From the NCBI GenBank assembly GCA_951406725.2, contig OX597830.1, positions 75,826,001-75,890,000 of the forward strand: 64,000 nucleotides of DNA, written 5' to 3'. Position 1 is the first letter of the stretch. The number at the start of each line of letters is the position of its first letter. A program made the translations under genes and the position numbers. This document shows, in pieces, positions 14,015-27,714 of the stretch. This stretch comes from Octopus vulgaris. Its lineage: Eukaryota. The notes below the pieces were generated by a model. It did no database searches. It was given only the letters and a program-made list of their open reading frames with translations, and was not told the DNA's origin.

Positions 14015-14582
14015 TATTATAGATATATGTATAACTACATACATATATAATCATACATATTTCAGTGTGTATGTGTGAGTAAGTGCGTGTGTTTGTGTGT
14101 GTGTTTGTGTGTGTGTCTGTGTTTTTGTGTGTGTTTTTGTGTGTGTGTGTGTGCGTGTGTGTGCTTGTGTGTAATAAATTATTATACATAATGTAGCTTT
14201 CTGCTTCATCTTAACGTTTTGTTTTGTTAATGTTTCAGGAAAGAAAATATTGGATGAAGCCGTAATAAACAGACAGAAGGTATTGAATTTATTTAGATAT
14301 ATAGATAAAATACAGAGAGGGGGAGAAAGAGGGATAGGGAGTGAACATAAGAGATAGTGAGGAAGACGGTTAGTGGAAGTGTGTGGGGGGGATGGAGACT
14401 TAAGGAGGAAAAGAGTGAGAGAGAGAGAGGGAGGGAGGCAGCGATGTTCATTGTTTAAGATCAGTTATGTTTCACAACATACTTTCCTTAAAACATTACG
14501 TGTGTGTGCGTGTATATGCATATATATATGTGTGTCTGTATAAGTATGTATATATATATATATGTGTGTGTGTGTGTATAAG

Positions 14583-14618
<36 letters not shown>

Positions 14619-14790
14619 TGTACATGCGTGTGTTTTAGTTTGTATATATGTAGGTATGTATGTATGTATATATGTTTGTAGCTATGCACGCTTGTATGTA
14701 TGTATATTATATATTATGTTTATAAGCGTTTTCATATATATATAACCGTGTATGTATATCTTTGTTTATATATAAATATGCTTGTGTATG

Positions 14791-14828
<38 letters not shown>

Positions 14829-14864
14829 TATATATATATACATATATGTATATACATATACATA

Positions 14865-14906
<42 letters not shown>

Positions 14907-15518
14907 GTTATTTAGGTATATATAGATAGAAATAAATAGATATATACACTGATATAGATGTATATGTTCATACACCCACGTATATATATACATTTATACA
15001 TTTTATATATTTTATGTTTATATATAAACCTGACTCGCACACGCACACACTCACTCACTCACACATACATGCACACACATACACGCATACACACATATGC
15101 ACGCACGCATACACATGTATGAAACTGTAAACTCATGCTAATGGAAATACTCGAAGTGGGCCGATGCTATGAAGTTAAATACATCAAGTAGTTGATGCTG
15201 TACCGAATGACGTAAACAAAATCTCCTTAATGAATTAAAATTTACGTCTCTGGTGGAAAAAGCGATAGAAAAGCAAAAATAACAGCCGTTATTTGCAACT
15301 CTCAAAGAACATGTAGGAAACTTCCAGGAAATTAACATTTAATGTGGTAGAATTTTGAATTTTCGTACTAAAAGTATGGTGAAGTAGTTTTGCTTTTCAT
15401 TAGTAACGTTAACCCATGGACATTTTTAACGCGAGTCTTAGAACTCGTAGAGCTGATTACCTTGCTTCAATGCTGTATATGTGATGATTGAGATCCCAGC
15501 ATTCCCTCTGAGCGAGGT

Positions 15519-16071
15519 GCGAAGTTTTTTTTCCCACGAGAGTTCCGGACCCCAGTTATGAACTCATTTGCATACAGCCAATCAGAGCTCAGCTCTCAAA
15601 CTAATTTATGGGCGCATAACAAGTGATGGGTGATAAGATAAGGTCACTTGGTTAAAGAACGGCCATGCTTCTCTTCTCTTTTAATAATGCTTCTTGTTCT
15701 TGTTCTTGTTTCAAACATGGCTGTCTCTGCGGAGTTATTTGTGTAGTTGCTTACTTTGTAAAGCAGTAAGGGGGTAGAGCTGTTAGCACATCACCATCTA
15801 CCCCCATTTTTCTCATCCACATCTTTACCATTCGGGCCCCTAACAAAATCCGATCATGAGTATAGATGCAAATCTATCTAATTACTTGTCTCCTTCTAAA
15901 ATCAGGCATAATTTGGCAATCAGTCGACTTACAACATCGTTCGTCGTCTTGAGTTCACTTGGTAGAGTGTGCTTGTTAACTTGGAAACAAGGTCAAAGGG
16001 AAATCTGATTGGCTGTATGCAAATGAGTTCATTGCTGGGGTCCGGAACTCGCGTGTTGAAAATAATTTCGC
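15519..16071. mobile_element. MITE with ~70-bp TIRs containing octamer and CCAAT motifs; possible 9-bp TSD (Mutator-like)
   Basis: CACGAGAGTTCCGGACCCCAGTTATGAACTCATTTGCATACAGCCAATCAGA versus its inverse ending near 16055. Flanks GAGCGAGGT / GAGCAGGGT (7 of 9). Second copy at 44990-45501. Confidence 0.85.
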
Positions 16072-16404
16072 GAGCAGGGTGCCCATACGCCACAGGTTTA
16101 TTCATATACAGCTTATTGTCAGGATCAACATGAACTGAAGTGTTTTGCTCAAATAAACAACTCACTGTTCACTCCTCGAATCGAAACTGCAATCTTGTAA
16201 TCGTGAGTGCAACACTCTGAATACAAGGTCACGTGAGTTTACTGCTTTAATTAGTGTCATGGGAATTTTAGTAGTACAAATACAGCTTAAACTCTTGTCA
16301 ACAATATTTAATAACAACATGTGATACAAGGGAAACATTTCACGAGGGGCATGAATTTTCGGTAATTCACAAAGATAATTCTGGATTAAATAACCTGTTT
16401 ACTG

Positions 16405-16704
16405 GAAGCAGACGGCCTCAAATATGGGGGAAAGTGACTATGTTGATTACATCGATCCCAGTGCGTAACTGGTACTTATCTAATCGACTCAGAAAGAATG
16501 AAAGGCAAAGTCGACCTCTGCTGAATTTGAACTCAGAACGTAACGGCAGACGAAATACCTATTTCTTTACTACTCACAAGGGGCTAAACACAGAGAGGAC
16601 AAATAACGACACCTCGGCGGAATTTGAACTCAGAACGTAGAGGCAGACGAAAGACTGCTAAGCATTTCGCCCGACGTGCTAACGTTTCTGCCAGCTCGCC
16701 GCCC
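16405..16704 (-). mobile_element. SINE B with partial internal duplication
   Basis: Reverse complement of the SINE B head and body. Duplicated flanks TAATTCTG..TAAATAAC at 16376 and 16705. Confidence 0.8.
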
Positions 16705-17369
16705 TAATTCTGAACTAAATAACGTCTGTTATATTCCTTTCTAGTACTTATTAAACATTTTTTTCTTCTCGTAAGAAAAGGAGATGAAGAAATACTGCTG
16801 CATATATAGGGCAGCGAGCTGGCAGAATCGTTACTGCGCCGGAAAAAAATGCTTAGCAACATTTCCTACGACTTTACGTTCCAAGTTCAAATGACGACAA
16901 GACCGACTCTGCCTTTCTTCCTATCGGGGTCGATAAACTAAGTACCTGTCGAAGACTGAGGTCGATACAGTCGCCTACTAGACCTCTTCCTCGAAAATAC
17001 CATTGGAGATTTCTATGGTATTTTCTATAAACTGACAAGGCGAGTTCAATTTAACCCCGAGAAAAGATGTGTCACCGATGAGGATTAATTCAATCTGAAA
17101 TCATCGATTTTCTGACGCCCTTCGCTTGCTGTAGGAAAGTTGGTCTCCCTTGTCAGTTAATAGATAAGTGCTTGCCCATATATATATATATATATATATT
17201 TTAGCGACGAAAATATTTTGACAAATTAAACTTAAATGTTGAAGTGAATCGAACGGCTTTTGTGTGTTTCTTAAATGGCTTATAAACACCTTCCACGCTG
17301 CAATTGTTTTCGTTTCAGCACACGATCTCAGATCAAATTACTTGCTATGCGAGTACATCTCCGTAATAA

Positions 17370-17435
<66 letters not shown>

Positions 17436-18179
17436 CTAATAAAAAGGGTTCAGCAAAGAATTGTTTCACCACACACCGAAGCTCAGAAATAGCAGCCAAA
17501 AATCTTAGCTATTTCTTCTACTTTAAAAAGGGTCTTCCAGAGAAACCAAAATACTTGAAGGTTATTCACACAGGCAGAGAGTAAAGCAACGTAAATCAAT
17601 CAATATCTGGTCGTCCATGGACGCGCGTTTCTGAATTAGGTTTTTCATAAAGAATATAAAAAAACATACTTTACTAACCATATTCTTCGTCAGCATGGTT
17701 TTCCGTGATAATTCGAAGGTACTAGAATATTTGAACGAATCTTTCCACCTAACGGCATTAGATCGCTCATGTTCAATGTTAGCACCGCCAAATTCAAAAT
17801 ATGAATGAGGATCGCTTAGCTTCACCTGTCCTTCCGCGTGTGTCTTATATACAAATTTGTTGACTTGGAACTTATTGCTGCATGATACAAAACAGTACCA
17901 CCACATCTGCGAAACACACCATTCAGACTTCTCACGCCACCACCCTCAATAACTTTGACTTCATCGCCCACTGTCTTTAACATCGTTCACTCTCACCTAC
18001 ATCCCTGACAACCTCGGCTACCATCACCATCACCATCAACACCGCCGCCTCCGCCTCTATCACAACAACAGCTAAAACTATTAATATCACCCCAATAACA
18101 TCAGTGTTCAGTATATTCGTTCAGTATGTTAGTTCAGGAACTTTTCAGCACTACTAGTGTATATATTTTTTTCCTACCT

Positions 18180-18515
18180 TTAACCTTCCAATGCGGACTA
18201 TAGACCACTTATTGTTGAATTCCATGTCGCATAATTTTTCGCTTCTGTACTTATACTCTGCCATGAATGTCCCTCTTTCTCTAGTTCCTTTTGTGTTGAT
18301 CTTCGCCACGAGTTCTTAGGCCTACCTTTCTTTCTATATCCAACCGGATTCCACGGTAAAGCATTTTTCGCTACATTTGGTGTTTCTTTTCTAATTGTGC
18401 TACCAATCTACTTCCACTTTTTCTTAAATATTTGGTCCCTAATCGAAACTTGATTTGTTCTTTGCCATAGCTCCATATTGCGTATGCGTTTGGGCCATCT
18501 AATTTTAAGTATACT
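18180..18515 (-). pseudogene. RTE-clade LINE 3' end
   Basis: Minus translation RWPKRIRNMELWQRTNQ..KKWK*IG..ALPWNPVGYRKKGRPKNSWRRS..W, the typical RTE C-terminus (GRPK.TW). Confidence 0.75.
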
Positions 18516-18673
18516 GTTGATGAATGATTGCATTTGTTTATTTGCCTTAACTGTTGTTCGCCATGTCTCAGCCCCAGGGGGGAAAAAATGCTAGTTTTGT
18601 ATGCTCCTTCAGTGTTCAGTACCTTTTCTCTCACATACACACACACTCTCTCTCTCTCTCTCTCCCCTCTCTC

Positions 18674-18708
<35 letters not shown>

Positions 18709-18771
18709 ACTCCCATTGCCACCATCAACCCTAATACTTTTAATAAAACATCAACTCTCCCTAAATTTTTC

Positions 18772-18803
<32 letters not shown>

Positions 18804-19374
18804 TTTCTTATTCTTCGCCACCGCTCTCACCGTCTCTATGCCTCCTATTACACTCACCCCAGCATCAGTGATAGTAGAAGTGTCATTGAATAGTAAGTAA
18901 GGGGGACAAAGTGTGACACGCTGACACCGAAATTAGTTTTAGCATTTATTATATTTTATATATATATATCTACATATAAAAGAACGATATAATAATTACG
19001 TTAATGGCCGCGAGCGAATAGCCATGTAGGCAAATTAATAAATTATATACAAGATATATAAATATATCTATACTTGCTAGGGTACTACATAAGCACCCGC
19101 TTCGCTAAAAATAGAAGTCAAAATACTTCCAAGTCATATGTATATGTGTGCCTTGGTATGCTTACGACCCCGTAACATAGCGCTTCAACAGAAGAGAACC
19201 GATAGAATAAGTACTAGGGTTACAAACAGTGAATTCTGGGGTCGATTTGTTCGACTAAAGGGGATGCTCCAGCATAGCCGTGGTCAAATAACTGAAACAA
19301 GTAAAAGAATAGAAGAATATATATATAGAGTCTCCGCGCCAAAAATTTCAAGCCTTGTGCCCTTAGTAGAAACG

Positions 19375-19467
<93 letters not shown>
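19375..19467. repeat. (TAA)n microsatellite, retroelement target/tail
   Basis: Direct (ATT)n run. Confidence 0.95.
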
Positions 19468-19924
19468 GAGTGTGAGAGCTGTGCATGCCATCAAAGTGAC
19501 ACTGGGTAAAATATACGAAGCCCAATATACCTATCACGACTACCCGTCTGATAAGGGTACACTAACTACATGCATCACAACCATATGTGCGCGACATGGT
19601 GATCTCATATCAAGATAAACAGCAGATGACCTTGCAGTTGGAGCCCAGTTAGACTTTTCTTATGGTCGAGTAACCCATTCCGCTCAAAATGTCCCTGAAT
19701 AAGAGTTGTTTAAGGACATTGAACGAAACACCCATGTTTCCAGAGGTGGATTATTCAGACCTCCAAGAATCCCTCTCAACACATGGCTATGATGCTCCCC
19801 CATTACTTCTGCTCGTGATCAGACATGCACATATAGCCAGCCACTAAGGGACATGCTCAACTGGTTAAGGTCAAACAACTGACAAGCAAATCTATGGTAT
19901 TGAGCAGAATATTTGCTGTAACGC
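19468..19924 (-). mobile_element. Non-coding (TAA)n-embedded element, 5'-truncated copy
   Basis: Colinear and highly similar to 36954-37400; flanked on both sides by (ATT)n; no long ORF. Confidence 0.8.
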
Positions 19925-19948
19925 ATTATTATTATTATCATTATTATT

Positions 19949-22437
19949 CTATGTTTGACTTTTGCTTTATGTCTGTACAAGTTGGCTCCAAGTCTCACCC
20001 AGAGACCTCAAGAGACAACAGGTTGGAAGTTCTGTGCCATATATTTGGGGGGGGTGCATTTTTGGTGTTGTACTAGTGAATGTCTAATACATAAACATAA
20101 AAAATAAAAATAAAAAAAGTTTGTTTTAAACCTTGGGATTACATAGAGAGTATTTTGCGTAGGATATGAGCAGTTCCCATGAGCACTATCTTTTGAATTT
20201 CTGCCATTTTGGGGTTTCCTGGTATCTGAGTTAGGTAGCAATCAGTCTCTTTCGCTATCATTCCCAGGGCACCTATGACAACAGGTATTGTTTTAGTCTT
20301 CAGCTTCCACATTTTGCTGATTTCTATTTCAAGATCTTTATATTTCCTCAGTTTTTGGTAGGTCTTGACAGATACGTTTATATCGATTGGGACAGTCATA
20401 TCAATGAGGAGGCATGTTCTTTGTTTGAAGTCTTTCAATATGATGTCTGGCCTATTTGCATCTATCTTCCTGTCAGTTTGAATGGTGAAGTTCCAGAGGA
20501 GTGAGATGTGGTCATTTTCAAGCACTGGAGGTGGATTGTGTTCTCACCAGTTTTTTTCATGGGGCAAATCCAGGTTTTTGCAAATTACCCAGTGAATATA
20601 TTGTGCAGCTCTATCATGCCTATTGAGGTACTCTGTAGGCGCTAGAAGACTGCATTTGGAGACAACATGATCAATGGTTTCATTTTGTTGTCGGCATACA
20701 CGACATGTTGGGCTACTGCCGTTCTTTAATATGTTGGCCTGGTAATTTCTTGTTGGTAGGCATTGATCTTGAGCTGCTATGATAAACCCCTCTGTTTCAG
20801 ATTTTAAGCCAGAGGCCATTAGCCATTGATGGGTCAGGGCTTTGTCGATATCTGCATTATTCGCTCTCTTTGGGTATTTGTCATAGAGAGGTTTTTTCTT
20901 GCCATTTATTATTCAGAATATCTAAGGCCGCAGTTTTGGCACGGGTTTTCATGCGCCTAGCTTTTTCTTTGCTTGTTTCTTGTATGTCTATCTCTAATTC
21001 CGAAATTGGTTGTATTCGGAATTCACTTAGATATTCCTTTGCCTGTTTTGTGACTGAGTATGATGCTTTCTTGTTTTCATGTTTTGAGACAAGTTTTAAC
21101 ATCCAGTCCTCAGAGTTTTTCAGGTAGGTGTCTAGGCCAATTGTAGCAATCTTCATTGTTATTACCAGTTGCAAAAGACCACGGCCTCCCTCTTTTCTTG
21201 GCAGATAGAGTCGTTCTGTATCTGCCTTAGGGTGGTGCATTCTATGCATTGTCAACAGTTTCCTTATTTTTCTGTCGAGCTGACATATTTCAGTAATTGA
21301 CCAGTTAACAATATTGAAACTGTAAGTCACGACTGGTATGGCTAATGCATTGATCGCTTCGATCCTGTTTTTTGCATTCAGCTCTGTCTTGAGTATTGCT
21401 CTCACTCTTCGATAGCATTCTCTCCTGATCCTTTCCTTCATCTCTGAATGCCTTATGCCGTTCCCTTCAATTACCCCTAGGTACTTGTAGCTCTCCGCTG
21501 GGTCTAGTTCTTTTATGACATTCTGCTGGTCAATGTTAACGTTAGATGTTTCTGTCATTTTTCCTTTGATAAAGGTAGCTTTTGCACATTTATCGAGGCC
21601 GAATTGCATTCTGATGTCGTCACTGAATTGTTTGACTATCGCTAATAAGCCCTTGAGTTGTTGGTCATTTTTTGCAAAAAGCTTTAAATCATCCATGTAA
21701 ATGAGATGATTTATATTTTTATCAAACATTTTATACCCGTACTGCGCGTCATTGAGCAGCTTTGAGAGAGGTATTAAGGATAAACAAAAGAAGAGTGGTG
21801 ACAGTGAGTCACCCTGGAAAATGCCACACGAAATTTTTACATCACCAGCATTTAGGGATTCATTGTCACTGTTCAGAATTAGTGTGGTTCTCCATGATCT
21901 CATACTTACAGTCAAGAAGTTTCGCAGAGTAGGTGCTATCTTATATATTTCCAGGCATTTCCTAATCCAGCTATGTGGTAGGCTATCAAAAGCCTTTTTA
22001 TAGTCTATCCAGGCTATTGATAAGTTTTTGTGTCGTTTGTGACAATCTTCTAAGATCATCTTATTGATGAGTAGTTGATCTTTACAGCCGTAGGATCCAC
22101 GTTTTCATCCTTTCTGTTTATTAGGGAATATGCTGCTGTCTGTTAAAAAACTATAGGTATATTCCGTCAGGACAGATGTTAGCGTTTTGTACATAGTTGT
22201 TAAGCAGGTTATGGGTCTATAGTTTTTTGGTTCATTTGTTTCTTCACTTTTTGGAAGCAGGAATGTTAACTCATTAACTAGCCAAGGGGGCATCCTACTA
22301 GGGTGTTGCAAAACATCATTGTACAGTTCTGTTAGCAGTTCATGGCTCTCTGGGAAGGCATTCAGCCAGAAGTTAGGAATTTTATCCTTTCCTGGAGACT
22401 TCCATTTGCTTGACCTCCTGAGAGCAGATCTTATATC
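19949..22437 (-). mobile_element. R4/Dong-clade non-LTR retrotransposon (RT + CCHC + restriction-like endonuclease), 5'-truncated, frameshifted
   Basis: KSPGKDKI, NYRPITCL, WIDYKKAFDS, GIFQGDSLSP, YMDDLKL, YKYLG, CRVC-x8-H-x4-C, RPDIIL..LLIDMTVP..K..KY. Frameshifts near 22105, 20890 and 20544. Both ends abut (TAA)n. Confidence 0.95.
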
Positions 22438-22510
<73 letters not shown>

Positions 22511-22525
22511 CATTTTTATTATTGT
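22438..22525. repeat. (TAA)n microsatellite at the 5' junction of the Dong-like element
   Basis: Direct (ATT)n run. Confidence 0.95.
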
Positions 22526-22862
22526 TACATACGGCGGTTGACCAGCAGAATCATTAGCACATTGGAGAAAATGCTTAGCAGCATTTCGTCCGTCTTTATG
22601 ATCAAATGCCATCGAGGTCGAATTTGCGTCCCATACTTTCGGAATCGATAAAATTAGTACTGCTTGAACCCTGGGATCGGTGTAAACGATTTACCACCAC
22701 CCCCTTATCACTGTTCTTGTTTTAAAATTCTAAACAAATATTAAGGTATTCTTGATTGATTGCTATAGTAAATTGTTGCACTAAACTGGTGTATATAGCA
22801 GTATTTCTTGCCATTTATCTACAGTATACAGCATCATATCGTCGACATAAAATACATTGTTA

Positions 22863-22938
<76 letters not shown>

Positions 22939-23539
22939 ATGTATGTATGTATGTATAGTTGATTAATTTACAATTACGTCTAATTTTGATAATGAGATAA
23001 TCTTAAGTCGGGTGCTTCGCAGAATCGTTATGACGCTGGACATTTCGTCCGATTTTATGGTCAAATTCTACCCAGTGTGATTTTGTGTTTCATCCTTTCG
23101 GAGTAGATTAAATTCGTAACAGTTGAACGCCGGTGTCGATGTAAGCGACTTGCCCACTCCCCTGAAATTACTGTCCCTATTATAAGGTTTGGAACCAATA
23201 TTAGAATATTTTTATATCTATTATTTTCGTGAATTTTTGCACTCAACTCCTGTATATAGCAATGTATTTAGTTATTTAGCTGCAGTTAAACAGCATGGGG
23301 TCGTCCATATACAAAAGATGGTTAATTCCTCATGATTAACCACGTCAAGTCTAGATTGACAGATCGCTTAATCATACTAACTTCAGGCAGAAAATGATTA
23401 CAGGGACGTGTCAGCGCTGGAGGATTGCTCTTTTAAATGAAATTGGGACTTGTTTTAATAAACCTTTCATTTTTTTTTTATACATCAGCAGAATTTATTT
23501 GCCATCCACCCAATACGTATTTTTATATACTTACTTATT

Positions 23540-23880
23540 GTGAAGGCGCGTGGCTCAGTGGTTAGAGCGTCAAGCTTACGATCGTGAGGTTGTGAGCTCG
23601 AATCCCAAACCGGGCTGCGTGTTGTGTTCTTGAGCAAGACACTATATTTCACGTTGCTCCAGTTCACTCAGCTGTAGAAATGAGTTGCGACGTCACAGGT
23701 GCCAAGCTGTATCAGCCCTTGCCTTTCCCTTGGACAACATCGGTGACGTGGAGAGGGGAGACCAGTATGCATGGGCGACTTCTGGTCTTCCATAAAACAA
23801 TCTTGCCCAGACTTGTGCCTCAGAGGGTAACTCTCTGGGTGCAAACCCATGGTCAGTGTCTGACCGAAGGGGGTCACTTC
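23540..23880 (+). mobile_element. SINE C full copy
   Basis: TGGCTCAGTGG A-box; TSD ACTTATTGT on both sides. Confidence 0.88.
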
Positions 23881-24779
23881 ACTTCTTCCACTTATTGTTA
23901 ATGTTATTTTTACTCGTAGCGAATGTTTCCATTATTCAGTTGTCTTGAATATTTTTTTCTGTTATTTAATCTATGCTTCTGTTAAACGTTTACACCTCAT
24001 AAGCCTTTCTAGCAATTTCTTTTTTCATTCTTCTGAAAATTATTGGCTAAACTGGCAAAATGGCCATTCCTAAATACAACAATATCTGTTTCAACACACG
24101 ATTTCACATCGAAAATCTTGCAAAACAAATATATGAAAATTGTTTATTTTATGTATTTATGTATCTTCTGCAATTAAGGCTCTTTTATGATGTAGGACAT
24201 GTTACGTGTCAGTACTAGGTAGGGATTTTTTCTTTAGAATTAAGGTTTGCGACTTTTCCAAGTGAATGAGTCATTTTCTGATTTTTAGAGAAGGTTTTCA
24301 TGTGTAATAAACAAGCCGAAAGTCTAAAGGTACTTCTTGTCTAGAATCAAGTTCAAAAAGTTATCATATTTAAGTCATACACTGCAACACGAGTCATTAT
24401 TCAGGACCATCCTGACAGGAAGTTTAAAGAGAGCCAGAGACAGGGGAAAATGGTTTAACTGACTTCATCAAAAGATGGATTGGAAACAAGAGCCTGGATG
24501 ATTGTATGCATGTCACACTCCGAGTATATGTAGCTGAGGATATCTGATGAATGCATATCAAATATTTCGACCAGAGGTTTTAGAATCTTTTCATTTCCAG
24601 GAACATAAATTTTCGTATTATTCAAAGTCTGGACCACTTTTAATGTTGAAATGGATGTACATGATAGCTTAGGGACTGTGCTTCTTGTTTTAAGCAATCT
24701 CATCCGAGGTGATTCTTTCAGCATCAGTGTATACCCCCAGGAATATTCCTAGTTCTCATGCTGTACATGTGACATAGAT

Positions 24780-25850
24780 TTGTGTTTACTTTTTTTTTTA
24801 CATAATTCTTCATAAAACCGTTTAGGGCTGGAACCGATCTGCTTGTTTTGTTCAAAGAATTTCCATCGCTTTTCATAGCGACGATTCTTTGTGAGCATCT
24901 CTTGTTTCAAATGTTCTTTGATTTCGTGGACTTAGTTTTGTTATGTTGTATTTCTGTAGTATTTGTCTCTCTTTTTTCTCTCTTTGTACCTTTTCGTTAT
25001 TAATTTCATTAAGGATTGACAGACCTTTTCTTGTATTTTCCATCTTTTTTGTATGCTTGTATCCATGTTGTTTACTTGGGTTTTCATATTCCTATATGAA
25101 TAGATCTGAAGGAGTGTTCACTTTCCTCTCTAACTTCAGTAGTTGCCGTATGTAATATTTCGTTTATCCTGGTAATATTGATTTTCGCGTCTGTTTTAAT
25201 TAAGTCTGCGATGATCGGGTTTGTTTTTTTTATTATTATTATTGTTATTTTATCGCCGAGTTTTATCATTGGGTGGTACATTCGTTCGTCATATCTTCTA
25301 ACGATATTGATTCTTTAACTTTTTCCACCTTTAGATATTTTTCATATCATATTTCCATCTTTAGAATTTTCTATTCTTAATCATATTCCCTTTTACTCTT
25401 TTTTTTTTTTTTTTTTAGCTGGCGTGATTCTGGTTAAGTTTTTGATAGCCAGCTTTCTTTTGGCAACTTGGGGTTTGTTTTGTTGTATTTGTTTTACTTA
25501 GTTTCTTTTGCATGTGTTAGGACTACTTTCGTAACTTACGATCTCAAAATCTTATATTTTTCATAGTTTTGTATTCGTTATTTGCGCTACCATTGTAGTA
25601 TTTCTTTCGCTAGTTCTGCTTCGGTTTCTGTTTTCTATTTGGCCTTGAAAATAAGTTAGTTTTTGTCTTTTGTCATTCAATGATCCATTTATACTAAAGT
25701 TATTTTCTGTCGTGGTTTCATGTTTCATTTTAGGGCAGACTGAATACATTATATGCGAGTTTTCTTCTCGTCTTCTTTTCCATTGTTTTATTTTTCAGAC
25801 TTCAATACTAAAGTTTTACCATTTATTCAAATTATCATTTTTCGTCGATT
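24780..25850 (-). pseudogene. Old, degraded N-terminal half of an R4/Dong-like ORF
   Basis: Minus fragments INITRINEILH, KMENTRKGLSILNEI, EIKEHLKQE and RRYEKRWKFFEQNKQIGSSPKRFYEEL match the pre-RT region of R4/Dong proteins; many stops and frameshifts. Confidence 0.6.
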
Positions 25851-26119
25851 ACCAATGTACTTGCTCTGCCTATCGTCCATACCTTTTATACATCCAATAC
25901 AAAATATACATTCTTTTTTAATTATGGATTGAATGATACAATTTTTGTTTCTATCATTTCTAACATTTTTTGTTCATAGACTGACTCAGTCTGGAGTTTC
26001 TCACATTCGTTAGTTCATAGTTTACTTCCACATGAGATTCCATCTCCTGTCTACACAAACATTTGTAATATGTTAAATTTAGGAAACAAACATCAGAATT
26101 TTTGTTACGTGTAAATATA

Positions 26120-26335
26120 TTGGTTTCAAATGTTGGCACAAGGCCAACAGGTTTGATGGAGGGGCTAAGTCGATTAAATCCACCCCAGTGTTCAACTGGT
26201 ACTTATTTTATCGACCCTGAAAGAATAAAAGGCAAAGTCGACCCCGGAGGAATTTGAACTCAGAACATGTATACGGATGAAATGTCTCTAAGCATTTTTA
26301 CCGGTGTGTTAACGGTTCTGCTAGCTCGCCGCCTT
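26120..26335 (-). mobile_element. SINE B monomer
   Basis: Reverse-complement head and body; TSD TACGT(G/A)TAAATATA at ~26106 and ~26338. Confidence 0.8.
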
Positions 26336-26589
26336 TATACGTATAAATATAAATTAATATATTGCTAACTGATATTCCTTCGAACTTCTTGCCTTTTGAA
26401 ATTATTGGGAAAAGAACGAGAAGAAAATTGACCTCCAACTATTTCCAAAACGTGATGGGTGATGGAAAAAACCCTAACTGATCTGAGGCAAAAGATATGC
26501 TCCACTGTCCAGGATAGAGCATATCTTTATTTTATTAAAACCGATGTTGATGGGGTGAGACTGGTAGAGTTGATACCTTGTATATGAGC

Positions 26590-26790
26590 CTTTGACCTAG
26601 GGTCACTGTAAAATTGCTTCACAAACGCTAGGAACATAACCAAAGATATTCACACATATGCTGGTACTTTGTCGACAACTTTGCACAATAGTACAGATAT
26701 GTACTGAATGTGGAGGTGGCCCCCAACTCGCCACCACCAACAACAACTTGTGACTGTTGTTTGGTTGGCTGCGGACTATGCAAACACTTA
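26590..26790 (+). pseudogene. Possible decayed Ingi/I-group LINE C-terminus
   Basis: Fragments HTYAGTLSTTLH and CTECGGGPQ resemble RTGVGRF...LHKW..C.ECG..Q..H; heavily frameshifted. Confidence 0.3.
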
Positions 26791-27095
26791 GCTGCTAATA
26801 ACGCCAACAGTAGAACATGACAAGGCTATCTAACACCTTCATCATTTTGAGAAAGTGGTGACGAGATTAATCGGGAGGTGTAGAAAGGCAGAAACCCCGG
26901 TGCTATACGTGTAATAGAAACGACCAATTGAGGTGGGATTCTATCAGGAAGGAAGAAGAAAGTAAAAAACAAGGCTGGTTGACAAATGTAGTAGCAGTGT
27001 CGAAAGCAAACCCATGACTGCTACCAATATTCCCACGAGTACAACTGGTCGGTGGTTCCAAAATGTAGAGGGCGTAATTTTAACCTGTTTTGACA

Positions 27096-27145
<50 letters not shown>

Positions 27146-27171
27146 TGTATATATATATGTATATATATATT

Positions 27172-27205
<34 letters not shown>

Positions 27206-27714
27206 CATATACACACAGATACAGTATATATAAAAGCATACAGACACGCTCACGCATGTGTGTATCTATCTGTAAATATGCGCATGTTTACATGTAGAGT
27301 CAATATGTGTGTGTGTGTATTTGTGCATATATATATATACATATGTACATTCATATATACTTGTATTTATTTACGTACATATACACATATATGCGTGTGT
27401 ATATGCATTTACATATATACATGCATATGTACATGCACACATACTTTCCTGATTATATACGTACATACATACATACATACATACATACATACATACATAC
27501 ATACATACATACATACATGTGCAAACACACACACATACCACTACACATATCCACATCTATCCATACACTCACCATTTCTCATATACCAGAAATGCCAGGA
27601 ATAAGTTTATTAAGATTTACATCAATATACTTAATTCTTAGCATCAAACCAATAAGATTTCTTTAAACAGGATATTAGCAAAGTTGCATTTCACATGAAG
27701 AGAAATGGAAACGT

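Noticed and set aside
17562-17906. 114-aa minus ORF with acceptor- and donor-like sites
   Set aside because: No recognisable domain, its 3' part runs into an unrelated island, and no partner exons were found.
24455-24724. 89-aa minus ORF
   Set aside because: No recognisable protein; at most a very decayed LINE RT fragment.
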